A stretch of DNA of 64,000 bases from NCBI GenBank assembly GCA_001662655.1, contig KV460210.1; one strand, given 5' to 3'. Below are positions 34,923-47,189 of the stretch, piece by piece. Every line of letters begins with the position of its first letter. The stretch's first letter is position 1. Under the pieces are notes generated by a model, which made no database searches, was not told where the DNA came from, and worked only from the letters and a program-made list of their open reading frames with translations. Source of the DNA: Pseudogymnoascus verrucosus (taxonomy: Eukaryota). The translations under genes were made by a program, and so were the position numbers.

Positions 34923-37305
34923 ATGGCTCCATCGGCTGTTGTTAATAACGCCCCAGAGGTTTCTTCGAAGATGTTGACAAAGGCTGAGTTGAAGCTCGAT
35001 GGAGACCAGCAGCATGATATTGTGCTGCGGACGTTCCGCTGCCTCATTGCGGATCTGTGTGAGCAATTCAAGGGAGGCCATCCCGGGTAAGCTTTTTATT
35101 CGATTCTTGAATGAACATGATGTTGATGGGTTTTCAGCGGCGCAATGGGAATGGCAGCAATTGGAGTCGCATTATGGAAGTATGTTATGAAGTATTCTCC
35201 TACGAACCCGCTCTACTTCAACCGGGACCGCTTTGTCTTGTCAAATGGTAAGCCTTGAAAATCCGTATCTCAGGAAGCAATGGCTAACTCTCTTACAAGG
35301 TCATACTTGCCTGTTCCAATACGCATTCATGCATTTGGTAGGATACAAGAATATGACACTTGACCAGCTACGGTCGTATCATTCCTCGCGAACAGACTCC
35401 ATTTGCCCTGGGCACCCAGAGATCGAACATGAGGGCATCGAAGTTACCACAGGACCACTAGGACAGGGGATCGCAAACGCCGTTGGCATGGCTATGGCGT
35501 CCAAACACCTTGCCGCCACTTACAACAAACCCAACTATCCACTTGTCAACAACATGACATGGTGTATGATTGGAGACGCATGTCTTCAGGAAGGCGTAGC
35601 GCTCGAAGCAATTTCCCTCGCAGGCCATTGGAAACTGAACAATCTCTGCGTCATGTACGATAATAACCAGGTTACTTGCGATGGTTCTGTCGATTTGTGT
35701 AATAACGAGGACGTCAACGCAAAGATGGTTGCGTGCGGCTGGACCGTCATTGATGTGGAGAACGGCAATTATGATATCCGAAGCATCGTCAATGCTTTAG
35801 TCGCAGCAAGAGAGAGCAACGATAAGCCTACATTCATTAACATTCGCACAACAATAGGAATTGGTAGTAAATCGGCAGGAGATGCAAAGGCTCACGGCGC
35901 GGCTTTTGGACCTGAGGATGTTGCAAACATCAAGCGCAAATTCGGTATGGATGACACAAAGCATTTTAATATTACTGAAGAAGTATACGAATTCTTCCAA
36001 GATATCAAATCCAGAGGGCAGAAGCTTGAAAATGAGTGGGCTACTTTGCTTTCGGACTACTCTGAGGAGTTCCCAGATCTTCACTCCGAATTCAAGCTCA
36101 GGATTGCTGGTGAGATGACGAACGATTGGTCAAAATATATACCAGCAAAAGCCGATTTTCCCACCACCCCGACTGCTTCGAGAAAGTCGGCCGGACTCGT
36201 GTGCAACCCTCTCGCACAACATTTGAAGAACTTCATGGTGGGCACAGCCGACTTATCACCCTCAGTAAACATGACCTGGAAAGACAAGGTTGACTTCCAA
36301 CATGTAAGAATTTGACCACGCTTGACTGGCACTCTTTCTAACATCCCCGTAGCCTGATCTAAAAACCACTTGTGGAATAAATGGCGACTACACCGGTCGG
36401 TATATCCACTGGGGTATCCGGGAACATGCAATGGCGTCTATATCAAACGGTCTCGCTGCTTTCAACAAAGGAACAATCCTCCCAATCACATCCACCTTCT
36501 TCATGTTCTACATTGTAAGCTACACTACACAAACTCCGTCCGTCTTCACCGCTAACACAAATTTCTCTAGTACGCAGCCCCAGGCATCCGCATGGGAGCC
36601 CTCCAAGGCCTCCAGCAAATCCACATCGCAACCCACGACTCCATCGGCACCGGCGAAGACGGTCCCACCCACCAACCCATCGAACTAGCCTCTCTCTACC
36701 GCTCCATGCCCAACCTCCTTTACATCCGACCCTGCGATTCCGAAGAGACAGCCGGCGCCTTCATCTCCGCCCTCAACGCCAAATCCAGTCCCTCAATCAT
36801 CTCCCTCTCCCGCCAAAACCTCACCCAGTACCCTGCCTACTCCTCACGCGAAGGTGTTCAAAAGGGCGCCTACGTGTTTAAGGAGCAGGACGACGCGGAT
36901 GTGACGCTCATTGGCGTCGGGTCTGAAATGTGCTTTGCGGTCGATACGGCGAAGCTTCTTGAGTCGGAACACGGCGTTAAGGTCCGCATTGTTAGCTTCC
37001 CGTGTCAGAGGCTGTTTGAGATGCAGCCTGTCGAGTATAAGAGGGAGGTGCTGCAGTATCGCTCTAAGGCGCCGCGCGTGGTGATTGAAGCGTATTCGCC
37101 GCTTGGGTGGGAGCGGTATGCTGAAGCGGGGATATCTATGCATTCGTTTGGGCATTCGCTGCCGGGGCAGGATGCGTATAAATACTTTGGGTTTGAGGCT
37201 AAGAGTATTGCTCCGAAGGTGTTGGAGTTGGTTAATGATGTGAAGAGGGATGGGATTGAGAGTCTAAGGGGGGAGTTTAGGGATTTAAACCAGAAGGCTC
37301 ACTGA
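34923..37305 (+). CDS. Transketolase of the dihydroxyacetone synthase (formaldehyde transketolase) type, 5 exons
   Basis: [55 protein letters not shown] motif [11 protein letters not shown] and [16 protein letters not shown]. The GH.CLFQY and GHPEIE variants are those I associate with DAS rather than TKL1. Confidence 0.9.
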
Positions 37306-37364
37306 ATAATAGTGGGAGGTGTATTGTTAATAGAAGCAATTTATGAAAAATGTCTGAAATGCTA

Positions 37365-37530
37365 CCCTGCGATGAGTCGCGGTATCTTCTCTAGTTCTAC
37401 ACCAGCTTCTTTATTCCCAGGCCCTGCGATGGGCCCCTGTGTCTTCTCTGGTCCTACACCAGTTTCTTTCCTCCTAGGCCCTGCGATGGATCGCGGTATG
37501 TTTAGTAGCCCTGCACCAGTTTCTTTCCCG
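37365..37530. repeat. 57-bp minisatellite, about 3 degenerate copies
   Basis: CCCTGCGATG starts at 37365, 37422 and 37479, each followed by a ..CACCAG(C/T)TTCTTT core. Confidence 0.85.
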
Positions 37531-37778
37531 CCGTCTCCATCGCACTACTTGTAGAGAGAGAGGCATGGAGAGGTTATCACTATCTAGGATTGCGAGAGTG
37601 GTGAGATAGATCAGTATCTTAACCAACGAACAAGTTATATCTGTGAAAGTCACAGATGTGTGTGAAGAGGGTATTCTCAATTCAATCGCTCCACAATAGC
37701 TAAATAAGCCACTCGCTCAATGCTGTCTACAGCGCTATACAAATCACTCCCACAGTTACCCAAACACCCTTCCCCTAC

Positions 37779-40700
37779 TCAAACCGCCTGCACCCCCTCC
37801 CCATCCTCAACTTTAATCGCCACCCCACCCATCTCCCCCATCCCCTCCCCCGTATCCACACCCATACTAAAACTCGCCCTCCCCCCCCCATCAACCACCA
37901 ACCCGCCTACCCCACCTCCTCCCCCCCCAAACCCCTGCCCCAACCCATCCCCCCCAAACTCCCTCCACATCGCCTCCTCCATCGCCTCCAAACTCCCCAT
38001 CTCCATGCCCAACGGATCCTCATACAACTCAAACATTCTAGGCGGACTGCTCGGCATCGGCGCCGCGTCGGTGGAGAAGAAATCCCCTCCTCCTCCACCG
38101 CCACCGCCGCCGAAACCACCACCGTGGCCGAATCCGGCGCCGGCGAAGAGAAGAGCGTCGCTGTGCAGATCAGACGGGTGTGCGAGGTCAGGGAGGGCGG
38201 AGAAATCGAGCCCGAGATCTAGGTTGCGCGAGGGGGAGCGCCCGGTGTCGTAGCCTCCGTGGGTGGCGTGGCTGTCTTCCCCGGTCTCGCTGAGGAGGCG
38301 GTTTAGTGTCGCTGTGAAGGGACTTTCTTGCACACCCGTGCGATGGCGTGGACTGCGGCGTGTAGCGGGTGTGGAGCGCGTAGGTGTGCGTTGCGGTAAC
38401 ATATCCCCCCTTCTCGAGCGTGCCGATTTCGCCGATCTGGAAATGGAGCGCGTTATCGGTCTATGCGATGGCGTCGGGCGTGTAGGTGTTTTAAAAGGAT
38501 TCGAAGGGGGTAAACGGTTCGGCGTAGTAGGTCTCGACGTCCTCAACGGATCTTCCCCAAACAGCGCAGCGAGGTCATCATCATCATCCAGCGGATTCGG
38601 TTGCGGGGGGTGGTTCTCCTTATTACAATTCGTCGGTGGCGGCGGCGGGGCCGCGAAATCAGCAGAAAAGCCGGGTGGTAAGTCGTCGCCTAGGGATTTC
38701 GGGGAGTCGTCTTTGCGTGGGGAGGGAAAGAGGAGGCGGCGGGTGGCGCCGAGCTCGTCTTCGACCTCGATGGGGGTGTGCCGTGATGTACCCATCCAGC
38801 GCGCGGGACTGGATTGGATGGCGCGGCGAAGGGAAGCGGCGGCGGTGTCTTTTAGGGATGTTGTGTTCTTGGGTGGTTGCACGCTGCCGCCGCGTTGGGC
38901 GAAGCGGGACTGCGTTATCGTTGCTGCTGCGACGTGGAGGTCCTGCTGCGGGGCGGTAGTAGAGAGGTAGTTATCAGGCGGTGCAGGGGCGTCAGAGTAA
39001 AAATGCGCTTCAGACGTAGGCAACGGCGCCTGTCCCGCCACCGACTTCCTCGGTTTCGAACCCCCCCTCTTCTTCCTCTCGCCAGCATTCTGATTCGGGT
39101 CTTTCCCCCATCGATCCTCAGGACGCTGGGATTTATACTTCGACATCCAGATGCCACACGGATTGCACATCAAGATCTCCGTAAACGCCGCCTTATCATC
39201 CGCCGCAGCAAGCGACTTCTTAATCAATCGATACGCCACCGGCTTCCCGCTCTCATCCCTCTCCACAATCTCAATCGCCGTCACCCTGCCCGCCTCATCA
39301 GAATACTCATGGTACCCCGGATCACCCTTACATTCCTGGGCCCACGCCTTGCGCCAGGCGGGCGTCTCGATGGCGCCGCAGTTGCTGCAGAAGGGGGGCA
39401 TTTCGCCGCGCGAGATAGCGTCTTCGAGGCGGAGGCGGATAGTTTGTTTTTTGCCCATCGCGCTGCGTTTGGAGTACGGCTCTGCGACTGTGCCGTCGTC
39501 CATTTGGGTGGGGGCTTCAGTGGCGGGGTGAGGGGCGTCGGACCAGGTGTGTGCGTGTTGGAGGTTGCTAGGTGGAAGGGCTGGTTCGCTCGCGGCGACG
39601 GCAGGTAGGGTTAAGGATCCCAGTGATGCGGTTCGGCTCATAGACCTCGACGGGGGGCGTGAAAACGAATTATTCTGCGGCGCGTTATTCATCTGCAAAC
39701 TCGGCGGCGCAATCTCCGTCTGACTCTGCTCCACGCTCTGATTAGCCTCAGGGATAGCAGTAATCGGCATCAGCGCCATCGCCGACCCCGGCCTAGGCGG
39801 CGCAAACGACGCCGCGCTCCCCCTCCTCCCCCCATTCGCCAACCCATCCTCCGACATCATACTCTTACTCCTCGCCAGCGTGCGTTTCGTCTTCGGTTTC
39901 GGCTCTGCCTTCTGCTTCGCCTCCGCACGCGGCAGCATTTTCGTAGGCAGCAGTTCCGGCGGCCCCGGCGTGACCTCCTCGATCGCGAAGCCATGGTGGA
40001 CTTTCTCTGCGCGCGGCGCGGCGGGCTTGGTGGCGCGACGACGCGTGTACTTGTTGGCTGCGATGACGGGGTCCTCCTCAGCGGGTTGTCCTTCCTCGTT
40101 GTCTTCGAATAACTCACTGATGTCTCCGCTCATAAACCCCGAGTCTGTCCGCGGCATGGGTGGTAGGATCGGGCTTGATGGCGCGTGTGGGCTGGAGCGG
40201 GCGGAGGCGGTGCGGCGGAGCACGGGGGGGGAGGAGTTGATGTCTGGGGGTGTGTCGACGGGGCTGTCTTCTTTTTCGGGGGAGGTCATGGCGGATTCGA
40301 TGGAAAGGCGGATGTGGTCTTGGGGGTCGTGACCGGTGTCGGAGGGAGGGTAGGGAGAGTTATACTGCCGACGTTGCTCGCCGAACTGGGAGACAATAGA
40401 GTTGCGGCGGAGCATGCTCTGAGACGTGGCACGCGACCTATTGGCCTTCAGAGAAGGAAGTTGCGGGACAGGAGTCGGTGCTCTAGGCATCTCCTGAAGA
40501 TGAGAGCCAGCAGCGCCACCTGGAGCAGGTGCTATAGCAATAGGTCTAAATAGTCGGAGGGATCCCGCCGTGCTAGCAGCGACGCGGAGTGAGTCCGTTC
40601 CAGTGCCGAAAGAGGATTTACTATTCCAGTTGGTCTGCGTGATCTTAGCGCGTTTCTTCGTCGTAGGCGCCTCCTCGCCATCAGTCCCATCCTCATAACC

Positions 40701-41682
40701 CGACGTATTCCCACCAACAAGCGGCTTCGACGGCGCACGAGGTTTCCTTGGCCTCTTCACCGACGCCTGCGAAGCCGGCCTTGAAGGCGCCTTCTCCCTC
40801 GGACTCGGCGGCCGACTAGCACTCCCCACCACCTCCGTATTCATTGGGACATTAAACGGATCCACCGAAGTCTGCTGCAACGATGGACTGAGCAGCTGAT
40901 TCACAACCTCCATACTAATCCCACTCCTCTGACTCGGCATCGGCACCGGGGTATTCACCCTATTCGCCATTTGTCCCACACCCGGATTGGACTGCAAAAA
41001 CGCCAACCACTCGCCATGATCGAACCCCACCGGCATCGCCTTGCTAATCTCCCTATACGTCTCCATGCTCCTCACATACTCGCTCTGCAGCACCGTCGGC
41101 ACGGGAACAAGACGTAACTTCACCTCCAGCGTCTCCGCTACGCCGTTCGAGAACAGCCCCTGGATGTTCTTGCACACGCGGCCGGTGATGAGCTGGCGCG
41201 ATTGGCTGGCTGGTGCTTCGGGGGTGGGTGAGGAGGCGGCGAGGGCCCAGGAGAGCATTCCTTGGCCGACGAGCGGGTTGTCGTACTCGGAGTAGTCGTA
41301 GGCGTACACAGTGTAATCTTGACCCAGCTTGGCGACCAGCTCGGGGGAGCATTGGACGATAGCTTGGATGCAGGTTTTCAGCTCGATGACGCCGATGGTG
41401 GCGTTCTCGTCCATAGCCACAGCCTGGATCTGTAACACATGCGGCCATCTCGCCAGGCAATTCGTCTTATTCTGGTCGTCGAAGGTGTAGAGGACTTTCA
41501 CTGTTGGGAGCACACGCACGGTTAGCTGGGGTTGTTGAGCTGCTGAGCACAGGACGCATACGTCTCATAGGCCTGATTGTCACGCCGGCACTCTCGCCGT
41601 CGGTGGTCCCGGGTTGGCTGGCGGAGGGTGCCATAGGGGGGTGTGAGCTGGCGCCCCGAGCGGTCCGAGACGGCGACGACAT
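37779..41682 (-). CDS. Ams2/Spt21-like GATA-type transcription factor
   Basis: Short exon MSSPSR..IRPMR splices to LKVLYTFDDQNKTNCLARWP (Spt21/Ams2 N-terminal domain, with DYTVYAYDYSE..PLVGQGMLS). Split GATA finger CSNCGAIETPAWR...MCNPCGIW. Confidence 0.85.
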
Positions 41683-42684
41683 CGGGTACGGCACTGGCCC
41701 GCGGCCAGGATTGAGGAGATCTTATGAGCCAGGAAGCTTGCACATCGGTTGGGGAAGATGTCACGGTGTTGTGGGCATAGATAGGACTCGATCGCGGGGT
41801 GTCGAGTTGGTATGTTTCGAAGTGTCGTCCTGTTTATGGATTCGGGAACGCGTTGTTTGACCCTTGCCTGGTAGAGATCGGTGAGGAGGTAAAACAATTA
41901 TAAAGTAGTAGATGTGTCGAGGGTATAATAGAGTAGAATGGAGTATAATTGTAGAGAATAGTAAGAGTTGTGGGTGGAAGAATTGGAAGAATTGGTATGT
42001 GGAGATCAATCACGTCGCCCTCGATATCAAGCTTCACCAGACCGCGTATCGCGTTGTAAACCCGCTAAAGCTGAGAGCGGTTAACGCTAAACAGGGGCGT
42101 GCAGGGCCGCAAGATAGTGGACCCGAAAGCCTAAAAAGTCCCCGAACCGACAAATTCCAGCCTCTCGATTTTGGATGGGGGTTCGCTAAGGGTCACTGTC
42201 GGCCCGCCGTATTTTGTGGGATGGTAAGGTATGGCAGTAAGGTAATGTGATATGCCGTTCCTTGTGTGTCAGAACCGAACCGCCAACACACCAAAAGGCC
42301 ACACCGGAAGGAAATCCTTTAGAGTTCTTTGAAAGTTTTTCTCGGAGGGGGGATTTCATCGGCTATATATACTCGGCATTTTTGATGTTCTTCGATGATA
42401 ACATTCTGATGACTCAGCCTCACCTCGTCAGCTAAACTCAAACCCAGGGGCCTCCTATTAATCACATGACTCTTGCTGCCTGGAATAAGAATGAATTTAT
42501 TTTCCAACACCATCCATGCCGCGATGGCAATAGATGATCCGGTATGTGTAACTGGTGATATTCCTGTCAACCAAGGCGCCATCGTCGTATATTCCACAAT
42601 ATCGTACAACTACATCAACCCCTTATCCACAGCCCATCCACCCACCCCATCTACCCATCCATCTATCCCATCTACTCCATCTAT

Positions 42685-44171
42685 TTAGTCAATCCAGACA
42701 GCCTTTCCATCCTGAACAGTCGTCTTTCTCGACAGAATCTCCTCAACCACCTCCTTAATGCCCTGCTTCCCGCTCCTCATCTGCACGAAATCCCTGACGA
42801 TGGACTTCCTCGACTTCAGGTCGCTGCGGACATACTGAGCGACCTGGCTCTCCGTCGGCAAGTTGTACTTGGCGTGCGGGTAGCTGGTGTAGTCCTCCTC
42901 GCTTAGCAGGCCGAGCTTCTTCTCGCCCTCAACCTCGAAGAACGGCTCCGCGACGTTGTCGCTCGCCTTGATATCCTCAAGAGACGCTGGCTGCCACTTC
43001 GGTGGCTGGCGTGGCTGTCCAGGCTCCGGCTTGCGGATCAACAGCGCTGAGACACCCTCAGTGAAGTCGGGGTGGCGCATGAACTTGGCAGCGATCTGGT
43101 GCTCGCGTTGGAAGGTCTCCTTGATGCTCCAGGTCTTGCCGAGGCGCATCTGGCGGAGTGTGACGTAGACGCTGGTTGGCGAGCGCTGATGAAGAGTCTT
43201 GAGAGTCTTCTGGGCCCACTCTTGGGTCTCGCCAGTCTCAGCCTCGAGCGCCGCGATGATCTCGGGGACGCTGTTGGGGCTGAAGCAGCGGTCGATGGCC
43301 TCGCGCATTGCGCCGGCAATCTGGATTGGCTCATCGTGGGGTAGGCCGGTGGTGAACTCCTCGAGCGTGGAGTCAATGAGCTTTAGGCGGGTGTCGAGAG
43401 AGTCGTAGTCGTTGAAGCGGAGTTCAGCGAGACGAGCCTCGAGAGATGGTAGCGACGTGGAGTGAATGTAATGGGTCGCAATGCCAGCGTAGAAAACGTT
43501 GGCACCCTTTAGTCTGTCACTGGTAAGAGCGAGATATGTGCCGACAGAACCGTCCATCTTTGGGAGGAAGAACGAAGCTCCAACATCTGGGAAGAAGCCG
43601 ATTGTCGTCTCTGGCATGGCGAAGACTGTCCTCTCCGTAGCAATCCTGAGTGGTGTGTGAATGCTGAGACCCACACCTCCTCCCATGGTAATACCATCCA
43701 TCAGCGCCACCAACGGCTTCTTGTAAGTCGCGATCATATGGTCCAGCTTGTATTCGAGGCCGAAGTAGTCCGTTGATCGTTGCTGTCCCTCAGGTCCCTC
43801 CGAGTTCCATTTCGCCAACTCTGCCACGTCTCCACCAGCGCACATCGCCTTCTCTCCGGCTCCCTTCAGCAGAATGATGTTCGCCATGTCTGACTTCGTC
43901 CACTCCTGCATGCGCGGCACAATTTTTCGTACCATCGATCCATTCAGCGAGTTGAGCTTCTTCGGCCTGTTCAATTCGATGGTGCGCAGACCATATAATG
44001 TGTCGAACAGAACATCCTCTGCCTCGTCTCCGGGGAGCTCCTTAATAACAGCGCCATCTGTCGCCTTCGTAGCCATCTACATCCCATTAGTATCCATCTC
44101 CCATAAAAGTATTTCGGTCCTCGTACCTGCGCCCTGAAAGCTGGGTTCTGGATCTTCGAAGCGAGGGGCAT
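42685..44171 (-). CDS. EHD3: Mitochondrial 3-hydroxyisobutyryl-CoA hydrolase (crotonase superfamily)
   Basis: Presequence exon MPLASKIQNPAFRAQ, then LNRPKKLNSL, CAGGDV, DGITMGGGVG, AMPETTIGFFPDVG and DFTEGV. Confidence 0.9.
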
Positions 44172-44499
44172 CGTTGCGCGAGAGTTCCAGCTAACAGCTG
44201 CACCAGCTCTTCTATAGAGAGAACGTGAGATCATTGAGACTGCAATGCCAGGAAGAAAAGGCCTTTGATATGACTTTAAACCCCCCGTCTGTCAATAAAA
44301 ATGTAGCCGCGGCGTCCTCGGATACTCTCGGCTGCCGTACTACAGTGCTGAAATGCAGTGCACGTCCCACCAAATGTTGCTTGCTGGATATCACGCTAGT
44401 CGATTTTGAGGTGGTGCAGCCTTTAATCGCATCCAGACGTGAACTTCGCGACGGCCAAGAAAAGAACAAAGCCTCACCAAACCACTCTACACATTCACC

Positions 44500-45136
44500 A
44501 TGGCTGACACAGCCAAGATCCAGTATGTCTTTACCTCGACATCCCAATCATAATTCCAAAATGCTAATTCCCCACCAGAGAACTGCTGGCAAAGCCACGC
44601 AACGACCTCACGTACGTCCCTGCCCCTCCCCAGGCTACGAGCACCTATCCCCAGACCTCCACGCCTTCCACCCCCCATACGCCAGCCCAACTCCATGCTA
44701 ACAATCCGGCAGCGAATTTGAGGTCGCCGCTCTCGAGCAGCACGAATTCACCAGCGGCCCGCTCTCGATCCTGCAGACGGCAGTGCGCTCGCACTCGCAG
44801 GTGCTGATCTCGTGCCGCAACAACCGCAAGCTGTTGGCGCGCGTCAAGGCTTTCGATCGCCACTGCAATATGGTGCTTGAGAATGTGAAGGAGATGTGGA
44901 CGGAGACGCCGAGGTTGGCGGGTGGAAAGAAGGGAAGGCCGGTGAATAAGGATCGCTTTATCAGTAAGATGTGAGTTGGAGATTCTGTTCTGGTTTGGCG
45001 GTGTGATGGGAGGAGGTGCTGGCTTTGTTGATGCAGGGGAGGGTGCAGGGATGGGCAGCGTTGTTGAAAGCACTACTAACGTGTTTTTACTAGGTTCTTG
45101 AGAGGAGATTCAGTCATTCTCGTCCTACTCAGTTGA
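44500..45136 (+). CDS. SMD2: Small nuclear ribonucleoprotein Sm D2, 4 exons
   Basis: [70 protein letters not shown]. Confidence 0.96.
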
Positions 45137-45368
45137 GCGGAGAGTTTCGCGTCGGTGGTTTTGAAAGGTTCATATGGGTCTATTGGTTGGCTTGGGGTTC
45201 ATCATATCATAAGATTTCCGGGTTAGGACCAAACGGGGCGTTATACAAAAAGTTGATGAAATACAGTCCATGACAATTAAGATCCTTCCTCGTCTTTGTG
45301 AACGAGGTCCCCATATATCTAACCAGAAAGATCACCCCCACAAATCACCAAGCTATTCAAGCAGCATC

Positions 45369-47189
45369 CTACGCGTCTCCTCCGTCCGTCTCTTCCTCTA
45401 TCCCCGCAAATCCAAGGAAAAACTCACTCAATCCGTAGGCTCCTGGGTCAGGCACGTCCTTGAACCCCTGTCCTCCAACATACACCGTCCTCCCCAAACT
45501 GGCCTCCATACCCCTCGTCCCCTCCGCCCCCTTCTTCGCGGCCTCCGCCGCCTTCTTCAAATCCCCCGTCTCACCAAGCGTAACCACAAACGGCTCCAAC
45601 GCATCCACCAACGTCCTATCTCCAGGCTTAGCAGGCGTATACCTCTCGAGCGCCAACAACGCCTCACTCAGCGCCTTGGCCCACACCTGCTCTGTCGCCA
45701 CACCCTTCCCCTGTCTCCTCAAGGCTGCTACCAGCGCGTTCAGGAAAATTGTGTAAAGCGCACCAGACGTCCCGTCCATGCTCGCCTCCACCACAGCCGC
45801 CACGGACCGCACATCAACCACGACGTCGCCGGAGGGCCGGGCACGCACCAGCATCGCCTGCACAGCCTCTGCACCACGCTTGAGTCCGATTCCGCAGTCC
45901 CCATCGCCGACGACAGTATCGTAGCGCGTGACACGTGGCTCAGCGGCGATTATACGCGCGAGGCCGGCGTTGAGGCGGTGCCGCGCGGAGACCTCGTCCA
46001 TGGTCAGTCCGGTGGGCTGAGCGGCGGAGGCGGTCTGGTGCGTCTTCTCGCGCGTGGCGGTATTATCTGCAGTCCAGGTTTTAGCGAGGATTGGGGCAGC
46101 CCAACCCGTAGCTTGGCTGGGAGCGTCAAGCAGGGAGAGGAGGGTAGGTGGGAGGCCGGTGGGAACGGTGTTGAGGAGCGTGATGCTAAAGCCTGAGCCG
46201 TTGAGGCTGGTCATATATGTCCCAGCGAGGATGCGACATGGCTCAATCTGGTAATTGCGTCGAAGTTGCGCAGCGACTTCGGTTGTGATGCCGCCCATTT
46301 CTAGGGGGCTCACGCCACCGAGGTTGTTGACCAAGAGGACAACTTCCTTGGAGTTGACCTTGAGATAGGCGCGGTCCTTGTCGCTCTGGTCGAGAAGTTG
46401 CTTTAACATCGTCTTGACCAGCTCTTCGATGGTGACGGCTAGGCGTGCAGAGCCAGCCTCGTTATGGATTCCCATCCCGACTTCGGTTTCTTCGTACTTC
46501 AAGCGGTCGGAGTCATTTTGGTCGACTACATCGCGGCCAGGAACATGGACGTGATCAAGACTGGCGCCAACGCTGACAAGATTCGAGGCCGTCAGGTTCG
46601 CAATCTAGTTTTTGTTAGCATTATCACCACCAAGGGGATAGCTAGTACATACCCTCGTCACATCCTCCAAGCTATAACCCAACTCCGCCAACGCGCCCGC
46701 AATCTTAACAACTAACACCGTCCCCGCAATTCCTCTTCTGCCCACCTTCCCGGCCTTTGCCCTTCCAACACCAACATCGTCTCCCACGACCACCATATCA
46801 ACCTTTACGCCCGCAGACTTGGCCTTCTCGACCGCCATCCCGAAATTCAGGACATCGCCCGTGTAATTCATGATGATGGCAAGTACGCCCTTGTCTGTGT
46901 CAACGCGCGTCACGATGCCAGCGCTGATCTGCTCCGCAGACGGCGAGGCGAAGATTGTGCCCGCGACAGACGCAGTGAGCAGGCCCTGGCCAACGAGCCC
47001 AGTGAAGGAGGGCTCATGGCCGGAGCCGCCACCAGAGACGAGAGAGACTTGGGAGGGGGCATCGGAGGGACGCAGGTAGACAATTTTGTGGTGCGAGTCG
47101 ACGGCGAGAGCGGGGTTGGTGAGGGAGGCCGCAAGTAGAGCGCTGTTGACGAGGTGGGTGGGGTCGTTGAAGAAGTGCTTGGTCGACAT
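45369..47189 (-). CDS. DAK1: Dihydroxyacetone kinase, canonical type, 2 exons
   Basis: [65 protein letters not shown] and PDPGA motifs. Confidence 0.93.

Noticed and set aside
32022..37305. Complete methanol-utilisation locus
   Set aside because: No alcohol oxidase, catalase, or formaldehyde/formate dehydrogenase in the window and no PTS1 on the DAS-like protein; those genes could lie elsewhere in the genome.
37365..37530. CRISPR-like array
   Set aside because: Eukaryotic context; whole units are degenerate copies with no unique spacers and no cas genes.
45270..46196. 308-aa plus-strand ORF
   Set aside because: Antisense to DAK1; no independent coding evidence.
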